This document shows positions 1 through 13,062 of a DNA stretch of 64,000 bases, piece after piece. Below the pieces are notes generated by a model. The model ran no database searches. It saw only the letters and a program-made list of their open reading frames with translations, and was not told where the DNA came from. Source of the DNA: the human T2T-CHM13v2.0 reference genome, Homo sapiens. The DNA lies in NCBI RefSeq assembly GCF_009914755.1, contig NC_060945.1, one strand, 5' to 3'. The first letter of the stretch is position 1. Each line of letters starts with the position of its first letter. The translations under genes were made by a program, and so were the position numbers.

Positions 1-384
1 AAATCTATTGTGATTTTTATCCCCCTTAAGGAAAATATTTAGTGATTTGAGAAGGAATATAAATAGGTCAGTGTCTCCTTCTGTTACAGTTGCCTGCTTT
101 CAATCCTAACAAGGACTGATCCTGCCTGGGAGAAACAAAAATAATCTTGGGGGAAATATTTAATCCATAATTATTTAATCCACTGCAAACCTGTTTTCAA
201 TTCACAGGTGATGTTGTTGAGAGAGATAACATATTCAATCACTCCTCTCTCTTTACATGGAACTTCCCTTCTAAACTGCAATTGGAGAGCTACAGGTCTG
301 GTAACATTGGAAGGGCACAGGCCTTTCCAATGACATTCCCCATCCCACCCCCAGGTTTCCTGCAGTTGTTGTCAGAGTACAAAC

Positions 385-429
385 CTTCTTCCACACTTTA
401 TACAAGTGTTTAGACACTTCGCCAGCAGC
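385..429 (-). CDS. GRIK1: GRIK1 alternatively spliced 45-nt cassette exon (exon 9; GluK1-1 15-aa insert AAGEVSKHLYKVWKK)
   Basis: aaccaag|GCT ... AAG|GTTTGT. The peptide equals the known GluK1-1 ATD insert. Weak splice sites and symmetric phase 0. Confidence 0.93.
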
Positions 430-812
430 CTTGGTTTTCAGAGAGAAAAATAAAATAAAAACAGCACTTAATTAAAATGGAGCGTGAAACCCAGAAGGAA
501 TCATGGTGTGTGAGTGCTTAGAGTGTTACAGTTCCCACCCATTGTTTGGAATTTGCATCTTAATTCAATATAAAGCCTGACAATAGGTACAGCAAAGAGA
601 CGAATCAAGACTTGGGTCTCACAGAAGTTACCTGGTGGTAAGACTCAATTTTTACTTTTCCTTTCACACACCAAGAAATGCCTTAAAGTGCTTTTCAATG
701 TATACAGGTATGCTGCAGTATTAAGGGTCTTCATTGTTCCTTAAGAAGACCCTTTTAAGGCATTGGTAACTAAAATCAATCAATTAACCAACCAACCAGC
801 AAATCAATCAAT

Positions 813-845
<33 letters not shown>

Positions 846-855
846 GACACACACA
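813..855. repeat. Imperfect (CA)n microsatellite
   Basis: acacacac... with two interruptions. Confidence 0.9.
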
Positions 856-1428
856 TATAAAGAAGAAGTATGCTTGATGACTTGTTCTTTGATTATGGGT
901 TTCTGGGCAGTAGAAATTTGAGTGAAAGTGAGAATGGGATTTTTCTAATAATTTTCCCTATTGACTCCAAGAGAGGCTGACATAAAAAGATTGGGCATTT
1001 CCTCCCTCGGCTCCTGAGAGAGATGTGTTGGCTTCCCTCATTGCCTTAAGGCCCAATCAGCCTTCTCAGGAATTGAGCCCAAGACACCTGAAGAAAGAAA
1101 AGTTATTGCAAACAATGAAGAGATAAGAAACCAACACAAAACACTTTCATCTAATTTGATTTTGCCTTTGATGGAAAAACACCAATGCAATGTGCATAAT
1201 ATTACGGTGTATAGATAGCTGTGAAAGCATAACAATAGCTCCATCTATTTCATCATTCACCTAGCCAAAAAGATGTTTCCTTAACAGCTTTTCTTCCCCC
1301 TTCAGTGCTATACATAAGAGGAGAACAGAGTTGGGGAAAGACTCATGCTTCGAGAAGCAGACATTTTCTTAAAAAAATTATAGGCTTTTAGATCATAACA
1401 AGTATTTTTTTTCTTTTGTTCCCTCCAG

Positions 1429-1553
1429 CCAACATCCCATGCACCATCGTGGAGACTGGCTGGATGCCCTGTGCTCTATCAGGGCATGTCAGACCAACAG
1501 AGGGGCAAATCAGAGTGAAGAGGAAGCCAGAAGATGGGAGAGACATTTTTGAA
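1429..1553 (+). ncRNA. Candidate internal exon of an antisense transcript (GRIK1-AS2 or extended BACH1-type transcript)
   Basis: Strong acceptor tttttttcttttgttccctccag and donor GAA|GTGAGT around a purine-rich 125-nt body. The link to annotated antisense RNAs is from memory and is unverified. Confidence 0.5.
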
Positions 1554-2688
1554 GTGAGTAACCTGCATGTATAATGTGTACTCTCAAAACTGCAAACAAA
1601 TTATTTTCCTCAAATATTTCACACTGGTGGTCACCTTCTAATACATTCAGCCTAAATGATCTTTGTTTCCATTAATGTTTTTTTGAGGGGGAGGGGTAGT
1701 TAGCACCTGCAAAAAAAATGTGTCCTGGTTAACAAAAGCAAGAAAACGGAAATGAAAACCTTACCTCATTTTAAAAAATCAACCCAACTAATCTAATTAA
1801 TCAAGCAATCGATTGTTCCCAAAGCCACTCTTACATTAAGCACACTGTCTTATTCACTATAGTGGGAAAAAAAATGTCAGATTATAGAGTTTTCTGTTGA
1901 GGTGATTGCTTTGGGGGTTTCAATTGTTTTTCTATAAGATTGTCAGTGCAAAATCTTCAAACTGTAAGTGTTAATTCTGACGTATAGTCATGAATATTAA
2001 AATTGGCATAGTAAAATATATTGAGGAGCCAAATTCTTTTATCATTATTATTTAACCAAATAGTTTACATTGGAATTACTCTAAATAATAACTAAAGTAG
2101 AACTTTAAACATGGAGAGATTCAGAATTACAACTAAAATAATCCTAAAATGAGAACCCAACATTAAAATACAGTTTTTTGGCATTTGTCCTAAAATTAAG
2201 AATGCAAAGTTAATTTGCTCCAGTAAGTCTCTTCTATCCTACTTTATTCTGTCTGTCACCAATCTCAAAATGGAATAAAATGTGCAATTAAAATTAATTT
2301 CTGGGTAACCCTTGGATGCCATTCCATCGATAAACCATTGATAGCTTCTGCTTTTCCAAGTCTAAACTCAATTTGTTAAAAGCTTTAAGACATGGGCCTA
2401 ATGACACCCAACTCTAGGGTTATATATGTAATAATATAATCACACTTGCTATGTAAATGAAGCACAATAGAAACACTAGTTAGTACTGCTATTACTAAGA
2501 CATGAAATTTAAGAATCTAGCACATCAACTTCTATCTGCAGAAAAAAGAAAGAGAGATAAAAAACTGGATGTAAAAGAACATGCTTAGAGAATCACTTCA
2601 TCATTCACCTACTTGTCTTTGCAATTTAGTAAAAATGCCTGAACAATGTTCATTTGTTATTTTATTTATTTATTGTTAAGGAGGTTAC

Positions 2689-2796
2689 CTTTTCAGTTCC
2701 TTCCTCTTTGAGACTAATAATGTCCAGATCAAAATCCTTCCTCAAGCCATTGGTTTTATTAAAGGTGATATGCCCAGTCAAGCCATCCCACCGGGC
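2689..2796 (-). CDS. GRIK1: GRIK1 coding exon (probably exon 8), 108 nt, [36 protein letters not shown]
   Basis: ttcttcttgtccacag|GCC ... AAG|GTAACC. Translated by hand (not in the ORF track). Contains the iGluR ATD motif GLTG.I.F. Confidence 0.96.
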
Positions 2797-3575
2797 CTGT
2801 GGACAAGAAGAAATGTGGCTGTTATTGTTAAACATTTATCATAATTCCTGAGACCATCAAAATTATAATACCTCAAATTCATCACAGTATCCAATTATTT
2901 GTTTTCATCATGCTGTTATAAACCATTGCATTGGTTCAGCGACAAGATAGCAGAACACATCGTCTTTTTATTAGCACTCATTTATTCTGTCAATTCTAAC
3001 ATCCTAACCCAGTCAAACCTGTCATCGTGGCTACCTAAATGGACAGTATGGAAAGAATTGCCGTAAAACAGTCTGCACACGGAATACACAAAATCTGAGA
3101 AATCACAATATTCTGTTTTCCAAGGTCAATCCAAATTCCCTTTGAGATATGGCTGAGTGGAAGTGAGTCCCTGCTTTTTCTTTCTCTGTGAAAAGAATAT
3201 AGACTAATATAGTCCAATGATGTATTGCAGTTTTTAGGCTGTTTATGACTTAGCGTGTTTGCACCATTTGGGCATTATAATTTCCCGTGGCTGCTGTAGC
3301 AAGTAATCACAAACGTGGGTGCTCAAAACAACAGAAATTTATTTTCTCAAGGTTATGGAGGCCTGAAATCCAAAATCAGTGTTAACTGGGTGGAATTAAT
3401 GTGTCAGCGGGACCGTGCTCTCTCTGGAGGCTCGAGGGAAGACCCTATTCTTTGCCTCCTTCTGCTTCTGGTGGCTTCTGGCATTTCTCCTTCTCTTGTG
3501 GTTGCATCACTCCAATCTCTGCCTCAGTGGTCACATTTCCTCCTCCCCTGCTGTCTGCATAAAAGCTCCCTCTGC

Positions 3576-3677
3576 AAGGTGGAGGTTGTGGTGAGCCGAG
3601 ATCCTTCCACTGCGCTCCAGGAGCCTGGGCAACAGAGCAAGACTCTGTCACAAACAAACAAACAAACAAACAAAAAG
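3576..3677 (+). mobile_element. 5'-truncated Alu (end of right arm) with (CAAA)n tail
   Basis: ggaggttgtggtgagccgagatc...gcctgggcaacagagcaagactctgtc. TSD 3561-3575 / 3962-3976 with 2 mismatches. Confidence 0.85.
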
Positions 3678-3961
<284 letters not shown>

Positions 3962-4849
3962 AAAAACTCCTTCTGCTTCTGTCTTATAAAGACACTTGTG
4001 ATTGTAAATACAATCTAAATAGAACTCACCTGGATAATTTCCCCATCTCAAAAATCCTTAATCACCTATGCAAAGGCCTTTTTGCTATATAAATTAACAT
4101 TTACAGGTTCCAGGGATGAGGACATGGGTAACTTTTGAGGGTGCCGGTCTTCTTCCTACCCTACATATCAACATCATTTCAAATAACAAAAAATTCACAA
4201 TAGTCTGCCTTTCACAGAACTCACATTGGGTATCTCTGGTGGTTTTATTAAATAAAAAGCGGTGGCCCTTGGGAGAGTCTTCAGCTTCAATCATTAGGTG
4301 ATTTTTGGCAACCTTGTTGATTTGAGTTTCACTTACAAATAGGGATAAAGGAAAACTCAGATCTTTGTATCCACTTAGCTGTTTTTCTCCCTCTTGACTT
4401 TACCAAATTCATTAGACATGCATAAAATGGGAAGATTCTGAAGAATTACACTGTATTTGCAGTTATTTGCGCCACGTATATATGTTGAATGTATTTACCC
4501 ATTTGGCCAAGAGGCAGAGCAATGCAGTGAATTTTCCATACCTCTAGGGCTGAATATCTGCAGTGTAACTTCAGGCAAGCTACTGAACTTGAGGCGTTTT
4601 AATTTTTAACATTTATTGTTTTTATAACTGTCTCTCACTTTTCCCACTTTCATAATTCTAGAGTTTGGCTATTACTATCTCACGTTTAGCCTTTACTTGG
4701 CTGTGCTGTATTTCATTTTACAAATCACGACCAGATTCACGGTCCCCAAGTAAATTTTCGTATTTATGCAATTTTCACCAGCACATAAAGTACATAATGG
4801 ATTCATTCTACCTACAAATTAGTCTAAACCTTGACTTTACGTTGGAGGT

Positions 4850-5327
4850 TGTGATGGTTAATTTTGTGTGTCAACTTGCCTAGGCCACACGATGCCCAAA
4901 TATCTAGTCAAACATTATTTCTGGGTGTGTCTGTGAGGGTGTTTCCAAAAAAGATTAGCATTTGAAATGGTGGACTGAGCAAGGCAGACAGCCCTCTCCA
5001 CGTGAGTGGGTACCATTCAATTCATGTAGAGCCTGAAAAGAACAAAAAGGCAGAGGAAGAGAGCATTTACTCTCTGCCTGACTGACAGCTGAAACAGCGG
5101 CCTTCACCTGTTCTTGAGAACAGGAGATTACATCATCGATGCTCTTCGTTCTCAGGCCTTTAGACTCAGACTAGACTTACACCAGCCAGCTTTCCAGGGT
5201 CTCTAGTTTGCAGATGGTAGAATGTGGGACTTCTCAGCCTCCATGTTGGTGTGCCAATTTCTCATAGTAAACCTCTTTGTATATATATCCTATTGTTCTG
5301 TTTCTCTGGAGAATTCTGGATAATACA
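4850..5327 (+). mobile_element. MLT2 (ERVL) solo LTR
   Basis: TGTGATGGTTAATTTT...TAATACA termini and a perfect 5-bp TSD gaggt (4845-4849 / 5328-5332). Confidence 0.9.
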
Positions 5328-8300
5328 GAGGTCTTTGAAAATTTTGCCTAAGCTACGTCTCCAGAATTTCCTACCACCGCTCCCCTATGCACAGCCCCAG
5401 CTGGAACAGGCCTGGGCTCTCCAGCCTCTGTGCTATTCATCCCAGCCTGCAGCCTCCACTCAGCCTCTCCATCTCCTATCCAGCCTTCAAGATTGGCTTA
5501 TTGTGCTATTTTGGTCCACAGTCACTATTCTCCTCTTTGAGGCACAGGCCTCCCAGCTTATACACCCCTCTGACCAGTATTGCTTGTGTTTTCACATGTG
5601 ATTTTGTACTTATTACCACTTACCTTTACACTTTCAGTTTGGAAATCCTTATATCCTCAATTGGATTGGAAGCTTGTCAGTCAAACCTAATTATCTTACT
5701 AAATTGTGTTCTCTTTAGTATTTAACAAAATGGCATAGCCCTTAGGCACTTTAATTTTTTTCTCGCTCTAATTTGTTCCAAAACAAAATTTTATTAATTT
5801 GTGTATTTTACTTTTCTGTCTTCTGTCACTCGTTTCTCTCTTTTAACCCATAATTTCTCAACTCATAATTCCATCTAAAAATAGCGAAATATCTTTGATT
5901 GGGAGTCAAGAAACCAAATTTAGTCTTTAAGCCACTATCAAGTTTTGCGGCCTTGGTTGAGTCATTTTGTCCCTTTTTTAGGCCACAGAGAAATGCACAG
6001 TAAGTGAAGATTTTGCATAAAACGAGCTTTAGCTCTGGAATTCTACAATCATAGGCAAGATACCATAGAGGGGTTTAATGAAAGTGATTCATGAAGCACC
6101 TATGATCTGGAAGCTGGGCTATATAAAACATAAAACACAGTTGTTATACTCAAATTTCAATGTAAAACATATTACTATCTGGCTGGGGAGAAAAGACTAC
6201 AGAATTTGGTTCAATTATGTTTTCACTATTAATTCATTTGGAAAATATCCATTTATTGAATATCTTCTCTGTGCAGGGAAGTATGCTGAGAATACAGCCC
6301 CTAGAAGTTTACAGTTTAGTAGGAACAAACACATTAACGGATTTCCATAAAGCACTTTAGGTTTGAGGATAAAGATTTGCATAGAATATTGAGGAGAGAA
6401 GTATGGAGAAGAAGCACTTATCCCAACTGCAGGGAAAGAGTCAGCAAAAGATTCCTGAAGGCAAGAATGCCTGAGCTCACAAAGGATAAGTCCACCAAGC
6501 AAAGATTCATGTGCTGGGTAAAAACATGAAATAAAGAATAAATTATAAGTTTGCCATGAGACACTAATGCAAAGTAAGAAATGATGCGAAATGAGCCTAG
6601 GAAGGCAAGTAGTCTGTTTATAAAGGCGTTATGAAGCATGCTAGTTTGCTTAGACATTGCTCAGTAGACTTTTGGGGAATCATGGGGGTGTTTTAAACAT
6701 GTGTTGCCATGGTCAGATGTGCATTATAGGGAGATCATTTGATATCTCTTTTATAATTGAGGAGAATGACTTGGAGAAGGTCAATATTGTAAGCAGTGTG
6801 TTGGTTAGTGGGTAGTTCTCATAGAACAAAATGTATACAGTCATATTCATATGCCCAAATATGAACACAGGGATAGCACAATTCCTCCATTTCCCTGTCC
6901 CACCAACTGGCACACCTTTAAATATTAATGAAAATAGTTCCACAGCAGGATAGACAGAATTTCATAAAGAGTATGTTAAGAAATCAGCTTAAATGTAAGG
7001 AACCAGTATAATTGGCCAAAGCATATTTTCTGGCTACCATTCAGATAGAGTGGATATTATGACAAAAGGATACTTTACCACTGATAGTGCTGGAAGTTAA
7101 ATCAATGGTAGGGAATGATATGTGGACAAGAAAAGGCTCCAACTTTTTCCTCTAAGCTGTCTCGATGGCAAACTAGATGTTGCCCAAGTACTGTAACACA
7201 TAAAAAGAAATACTTCTTCAGATCCTAGTACCTAGTCTCTAGAGTTTATTGCCAAGGGAGACCATAATACCAAACACTGGCACTAGCTTTAAAATTGAAT
7301 GGCATATCTTTATGGTCAGTAGTAACACCTATTGCCACACCGGCTGAGATCCAGGTAATCATGTCTCTGCAATGGGACAAAAACTATCAGCAATGAATAC
7401 AAGTAGGAGGTGTCCTCTTGTGTCTATTTAGGTACACCTCTTGGCATTGCATTCTCCTTTTTCTCCCCGTCACACCTCAATTCTAGTTTTTGTACTCTGG
7501 TCATTCTTTCTTATTTTGCAAGCCAAAGGCTGGCTTTGTGGATTGATGGGTTAAACGAGAGCCATGAAATAAGCTGCTGTGTTAGGCTTACAATATCTGT
7601 CTGAGAGCTGAGAACAATTTGTGTAATGCTTTGGTTGAGTGGAAATCTCCACTGTGTTAGGGGTTTGAATTAAGTCAGTTTTCAGGCCCCTTCTTCATGC
7701 CTCTAAACAAGGTACTGTTCCAACTGTCCTCCTGACCTGTTTGAAAGGATGTAGTTATCTTCATTAAATTCTATAGGATTTTCAGAAAGGTTTTTTCTAG
7801 AGGCAACTTTTCCTTTATGGGGTTCATGTTGTGAGTCAATTTGGTACATTGTCCAGAATTTACAGGGGTCTCTGAAAATGTACAGAATTGGTAGCATTTA
7901 TCTCTTAGGGGAGCATATGGCTTATAGCGGGGTCTTAAAACCCAGATCAGAAATCCAATTTCATTCCCTAAGTGTGACTATTGTGTCCGTTTGTTTGGAT
8001 TCTCTTGCATTGATTTTATTCTTGAACTTAGTGTTCCAATCACGGCTGCAGAGTAATTCCCACTTCTCGCTTTTTCTCCTGCTCATCCAAGTGGCAAAAA
8101 AGTTCCCTTTTCATGTTTTAACAATGCTTCCTTCTCTGCCTCAAATATCTACATAGACTCCCTGTGTGGTTCTTCACTGAAAGGAAATATCTTTGACCTT
8201 CAACGTCAAATTTCCCTTACTGGCACAATTACCCATGTCTTCCTGCCTCTCATCCCCTAGATTAGCTGCATTTCTGTATATGTTCTTTGTTTTTCTGCAA

Positions 8301-8910
8301 ACTCATTGTTGATAAGCATTTATTAATCATCAATACACTATTGATTAGGGTGAATATGCAATGACTAATTCCTGGATGTGATAAATAGGATCCATGAGGA
8401 ATCCATTTTTCTGGGACAGGGCTGAAGCATATACAATTTAGATAATGATATATAATTATATTATCCATAATTACCATGTGCTTGCCTTATGTAGAAGCAT
8501 TTGCAGAGGGGACAATTATAGTATACTTAAAACAGAAAACAATACTTAAACTATTGTCCCTATTTTAGGAAAGAGCTTTATTTTCTACCCTGCATCAGAT
8601 CTTCATGTCTACCACTGCTTAATAGCAACTAAATCAAATATTGTGAGTTTTCCTCATTCCTCTTATTGGACACATTATCTGATAATCAAGAGACAGGAAT
8701 CAAGAGGTAAAAGAAGAAAAATAAAAGGTTTCATGAATATCTTATTTGTATATTCTTTCTCAAGATATTTATTGTCCAAATTAAATGCACATATTTTATT
8801 ATTAGGGAAGTAAGGGGCTAGCACCTAACTCTGGGCTCTTATGATAATCAACTCTTAATGTCATTAGTTAAAATGATTTCTTTTACTTATTTATTTTTTC
8901 TGAAAGGGAA

Positions 8911-9590
8911 TTTTTTTTTCTTCAACTTTTGTGTTAAGATCAGGGGTACATGTGCGGATATGCAGGTTTGTTACACAGGTAAACGTGTGCCATGGTGTTT
9001 TGCTTCACAGATCATCCCATCGCCTAAGTATTAAGCCCAGCATCCATTAGCTGTTCTTCCTGATGCTCTCCCTCCCCTGTCCGCATCTCTGACAGGCCCT
9101 AGTGTGTTTTGTTCCCCTCCATGTGTCCATGTATTCTCATCATTCAACTCCCACTTATAAGTGAGCACATGCGGTGTTTGGGTTTCTGTTCCTGCATGAG
9201 TTTGCTGAGGATAACAGCTTCCAACTCCATCCATGTCCCTGCAAAGGACATGATCTTGTTCCTTTTTATGGCTGCGTAGTATTCCATGGTGTATATATAC
9301 CACATTTTCTTTTTTCAGTCTATCATTGATGGGCAATTGGGTTGGTTCCATGTCTTTGCTATTGTGAATCATGCTGCAATGAACATAAGTGTGCATGTAT
9401 CTTTATAATAGAATGATTTATAATCCTTTGGGTATATGCCCAGTGATGGGATTGCTGGGTCAAAAGGTATTTCTGTGTTTAGGTCTTTGAGGAATTGCCA
9501 TAGTGTTTTCCACAATGGATGAACTAATTTACACTCCCACCAACAGTGTGAAAGCATCCCTTTTTCTCGGCAACCTCGCCAGCATCTGTT
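8911..9590 (-). mobile_element. 5'-truncated primate L1 (older L1PA-like): ORF2 C-terminal remnant plus 3'UTR
   Basis: ORF remnant RCWRGCREKG..HCWWECKLV.PLWKT..DPAIP.LGIYPK, L1 3'UTR, poly-T, and TSD gaaa(g/a)ggaatt at about 8902 and 9591. Confidence 0.9.
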
Positions 9591-10134
9591 GAAAAGGAAT
9601 TTAAATATGTAAAAGAATGTAAATCCTCCCTTCCTAGAATTTTCCTTGACATAGCCATTGTCCTTTGCCATACTGAATAAATTGTTTCCTATTGAGAGAG
9701 ACTTCTTATTCTTCACTTATATATTGGAAACTATGTTTTCTTCTGAGAACATTGTGTATGGAAGGCTCATGGCAAACTCAAGGTTAACTTTCCTTGCTAG
9801 ATCAAGGTGAAGAAAAAAATTGTTTTTAAGTGACTATTCTATTTTTTAATAAAACTTATAAAAACTTGAAAATGAAGCAAAAAAAAAAAAAAAAGATTGT
9901 GTGACCTTCTTTGTCATGGTGGCCATAGTACAATAGCCTCATCCAAGGGTGATTTGATTCTCTAAAGAGGTGTCTCTTTATTTTTAAATTTACTGTTGTT
10001 TAAGATGCAGATTCTGTGAAATTACATGTTAATTTATAGGATTTGTATGTGGCAGAGATGTAAATGATTTCCATCTAATAGAAAAGATAACCTGAAAAAT
10101 TATAATTGTATTGACCTATCGGACATTGGCCAGC

Positions 10135-10288
10135 TTTTTATTTTATTTTATTTTATTTTAAGTTCTGGGGTGCATGCGCAGGATATGCCGGTTTTTTACA
10201 CAGGTAAACGTGTGGTGGTTTGCCACACATATCCACCCATCAGCTAGGTGTTAAGCCCCACATGCATCAGCTATTTATCCTGATGCTT
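10135..10288 (-). mobile_element. Short L1PA 3'-end fragment
   Basis: (TTTTA)n tail plus agttctggggtgcatgcgcagg...caggtaaacgtgtg...cctgatgct. Confidence 0.8.
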
Positions 10289-10524
10289 TGACTTCCCTGG
10301 TGGCCTCTAGAACCACCGTGCCTCTCCGTCTTTTTACAGCAAGCTTTATCATCCTGCTGGTTCCCTCAGTTAGACACATCTTCAATACTTGCTTTCTTAT
10401 GTTTGTGCTAGAGTCACATATATAACTGGCTTAAAATTGGAAATGGTCCTACGATGGTGCCCAAGTACACTCACCTGCCAGAGCCAATGTTATGGGCCAT
10501 TTAAGCTCAGAAACATCTTTTTTT

Positions 10525-10580
10525 AAAAACAAAACAAAACAAAACAAAACAAAACAAAAAAAACAAAAAAACCCAAAACA
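10525..10580. repeat. (AAAAC)n simple repeat
   Basis: Direct reading. Confidence 0.9.
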
Positions 10581-12874
10581 CAACACTCCAGTCCTAGAGC
10601 AAACCCTAAGTAGCAACAAACTTTACTTCTGCTGACTCTCTGTCTCTGTTGTTTCTTGTCTTGTCTTGTCTTGTCTTGTGATTATGTGTTTTGATTCTGA
10701 GTTTTGGCCAAGTCCGTCAGTCGAGAAGTGCCTTACCTAACTCACAGCTTCAGTCATTTCTCCTCCACAACTGGGTGCAGGCACCTGTATTTGGTCTCAG
10801 ACCACTGTGCCACTTTCACTGCCTACTGAGAAGAGCATTTTGTGTCTCCTCGTTTGGGTCATAGCTGAGTATATGAAGTAGTGGGTATTTGACTGCTAGG
10901 CAAGTCTCATGAACACAGTCACGGGGATACTAGTGTCTTGTGTATCTGATCTGCATGTGGCTGTTAAGTTTTCCTTTGGTGGCAGGAATAATTGTGAACC
11001 TGGCACTTCGTTCTCATCATATGGTGATCTATCAGCTAGATGCAGGTAATCTAACTCTTTGCAGGGTGAGAGATGACTGAAAACCTGGTTTCTTAGCACT
11101 TTTCTTTTGTCTGAGCAAGATTATGTCTCAGGTTCACTGGAAATGACAACCAACCTTTCTGTCCTCCTGAGTTATTGTGTTCTATGTTTCCTTTCAAGAC
11201 ATGGCTAAGGTTATAGAACCAAAACTGCAACCCTCAATAGCTGCCTATCTCTGGAAATTAAAAAAAAAAAAAAGCCTTTTCACCTCATTGTGTATGAATA
11301 AAACCTTGTGAAATAAGGATTTTCTGTTTTTATTATTTATAGATTTGATTACTTATATCAATATTCTCAGGATTCTCATGTTGCAGAGAAACTGAAGTTT
11401 AAATACATTGTATTGCTACCCTTGAAAAAGTTCACAGAAATTGCTTGTATGTAAAAATGCAAGTTCATGTAACCAAAGTGCATATTTGACCACATTTAAT
11501 TGATTTTTTTAAAAATTAGCTTAAATAGCATTACATATCTCTCCCTTAATATTATCACTCTGAATTATAGAGTTCTGATGTACTTTTTTGTTTTACAGAT
11601 TTGTTTTTGGTTTCCTGAAAAGAGGCTAGTTAATCTGAACTCCTTAAAACTTCTTATACTGGTTTACCAATGAGACAAGATAGCATTGACACATAATGTT
11701 TAAAATGAAGATTTAAAATTATATGTAATTATGTTGAGTTAGAATTTTGGCAAAATTTTTATATAAACAGTTTTTACACTTTATAAGGTATCAGTTGACA
11801 TGGAATTTCCATGTTTCTATTACGTTTCAGATCGTGAGCTAATGTAAAATCAAGAAGTTAACTGGTGGATAATCTTGGGATATCTGGGTTGCTTCTCATT
11901 AAGAGATAATATTGGCATGATGATTACCATTAGTGTGTGTATGTCTGCTTATACCTATAAATGTCTATATACGTCTTATTATTTCTATATGTTACAGAGA
12001 AACTGTAACTTAGAGTCATGTTAATGAGCATTTTGGTTTTGCCACTTTGAAGATGATGTTCAAAGAATGTATGTGTCTCTAGGGGGTTGTTTTATGCAAG
12101 CTCATGTGTATAAGGTAATGGGGTATATTTTTGTTTACAAAGTGAAAAGAAAATATGTTCCAAAGTATGAAACAGTATAGTGAATGGCAAAGCATGAGTG
12201 TGTGTGGAGTATAGAAGGTTGGAGGAAACAGAATTTTATTTACCTCGGAGTATAATATATGCACGTAATGAGTCTGAATAAAAACAAGGAAATGTGTTAA
12301 AATTTTGGCGAAGTTTACCCAGCTTTAATTGGTTCATTAATAAGATAGATATTTTAAGTTTTGTGAATCTTTTTTTCTGCCAAATACTGCATTAATGTAA
12401 CACTATAGTTTTATTTTCTCTCTTTTAAAATGGAATATTTAGCCTGCTCTTAACAAGAAGATAAATTATCACTTACCTTCTATGTCATCGTCTCAGACAC
12501 TTTCATTCCCATCATCAACACGTGGTTTCTGCTTTACTCTCATGTTTTTCTGAAGGTTTTGCTATAAACTACAGTCTGGAAATAGCCTTTGTCAGAGAAT
12601 GGCAGTATCAGAGCCTCATGGAAACATGGTGCCAAAAAATACTCTTAACCTATTGGCACTTCAAACAGTCATTGGTATAGACTTTGGATATTAAGGTGTC
12701 ACTTAGATGACTAACTGTACTAGAGGATGGAATCAGGATTTTCAGGACTCTTTTTAATAGTCCAGGAGCAGAAGACCTTTGAAAACCAGGTGTTGATCCA
12801 ACATCCACTAGTTATAAGACAAGTAGGATTAAGTGAACTGCTGAGGGGAATCTAATTGTGGTTATATGGCTTTA

Positions 12875-13062
12875 ATATCTTATTATAAGATATCTTGGGA
12901 TACCTGGGTCATTTCTTTTATTCTTTTAATAAGATATGGTCTTTTAATAAGATATTATTAAATAATAATAAATAAGATAAAAAGGTATTATTAAATAATA
13001 AGATAATAATATATTATCTTTTAATAAGATATAGCTTTACATATCTTATTAAAAGAATAAAA
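12875..13062. repeat. AT-rich cluster of direct and inverted repeats
   Basis: tcttttaataagatat occurs three times direct and once inverted. Perfect 23-bp inverted arms at 12916-12938 / 13040-13062. Confidence 0.9.

Noticed and set aside
9031-9716. ORFs of 121 and 115 aa
   Set aside because: Broken L1 ORF2 C-terminus and 3'UTR, not host genes.
10469-10520. Perfect minus-strand donor CAG|GTGAGT downstream of a (GTTTT)n tract
   Set aside because: The first available acceptor (aaaaaaaag) is poor. Isolated donors are expected by chance in 44 kb.
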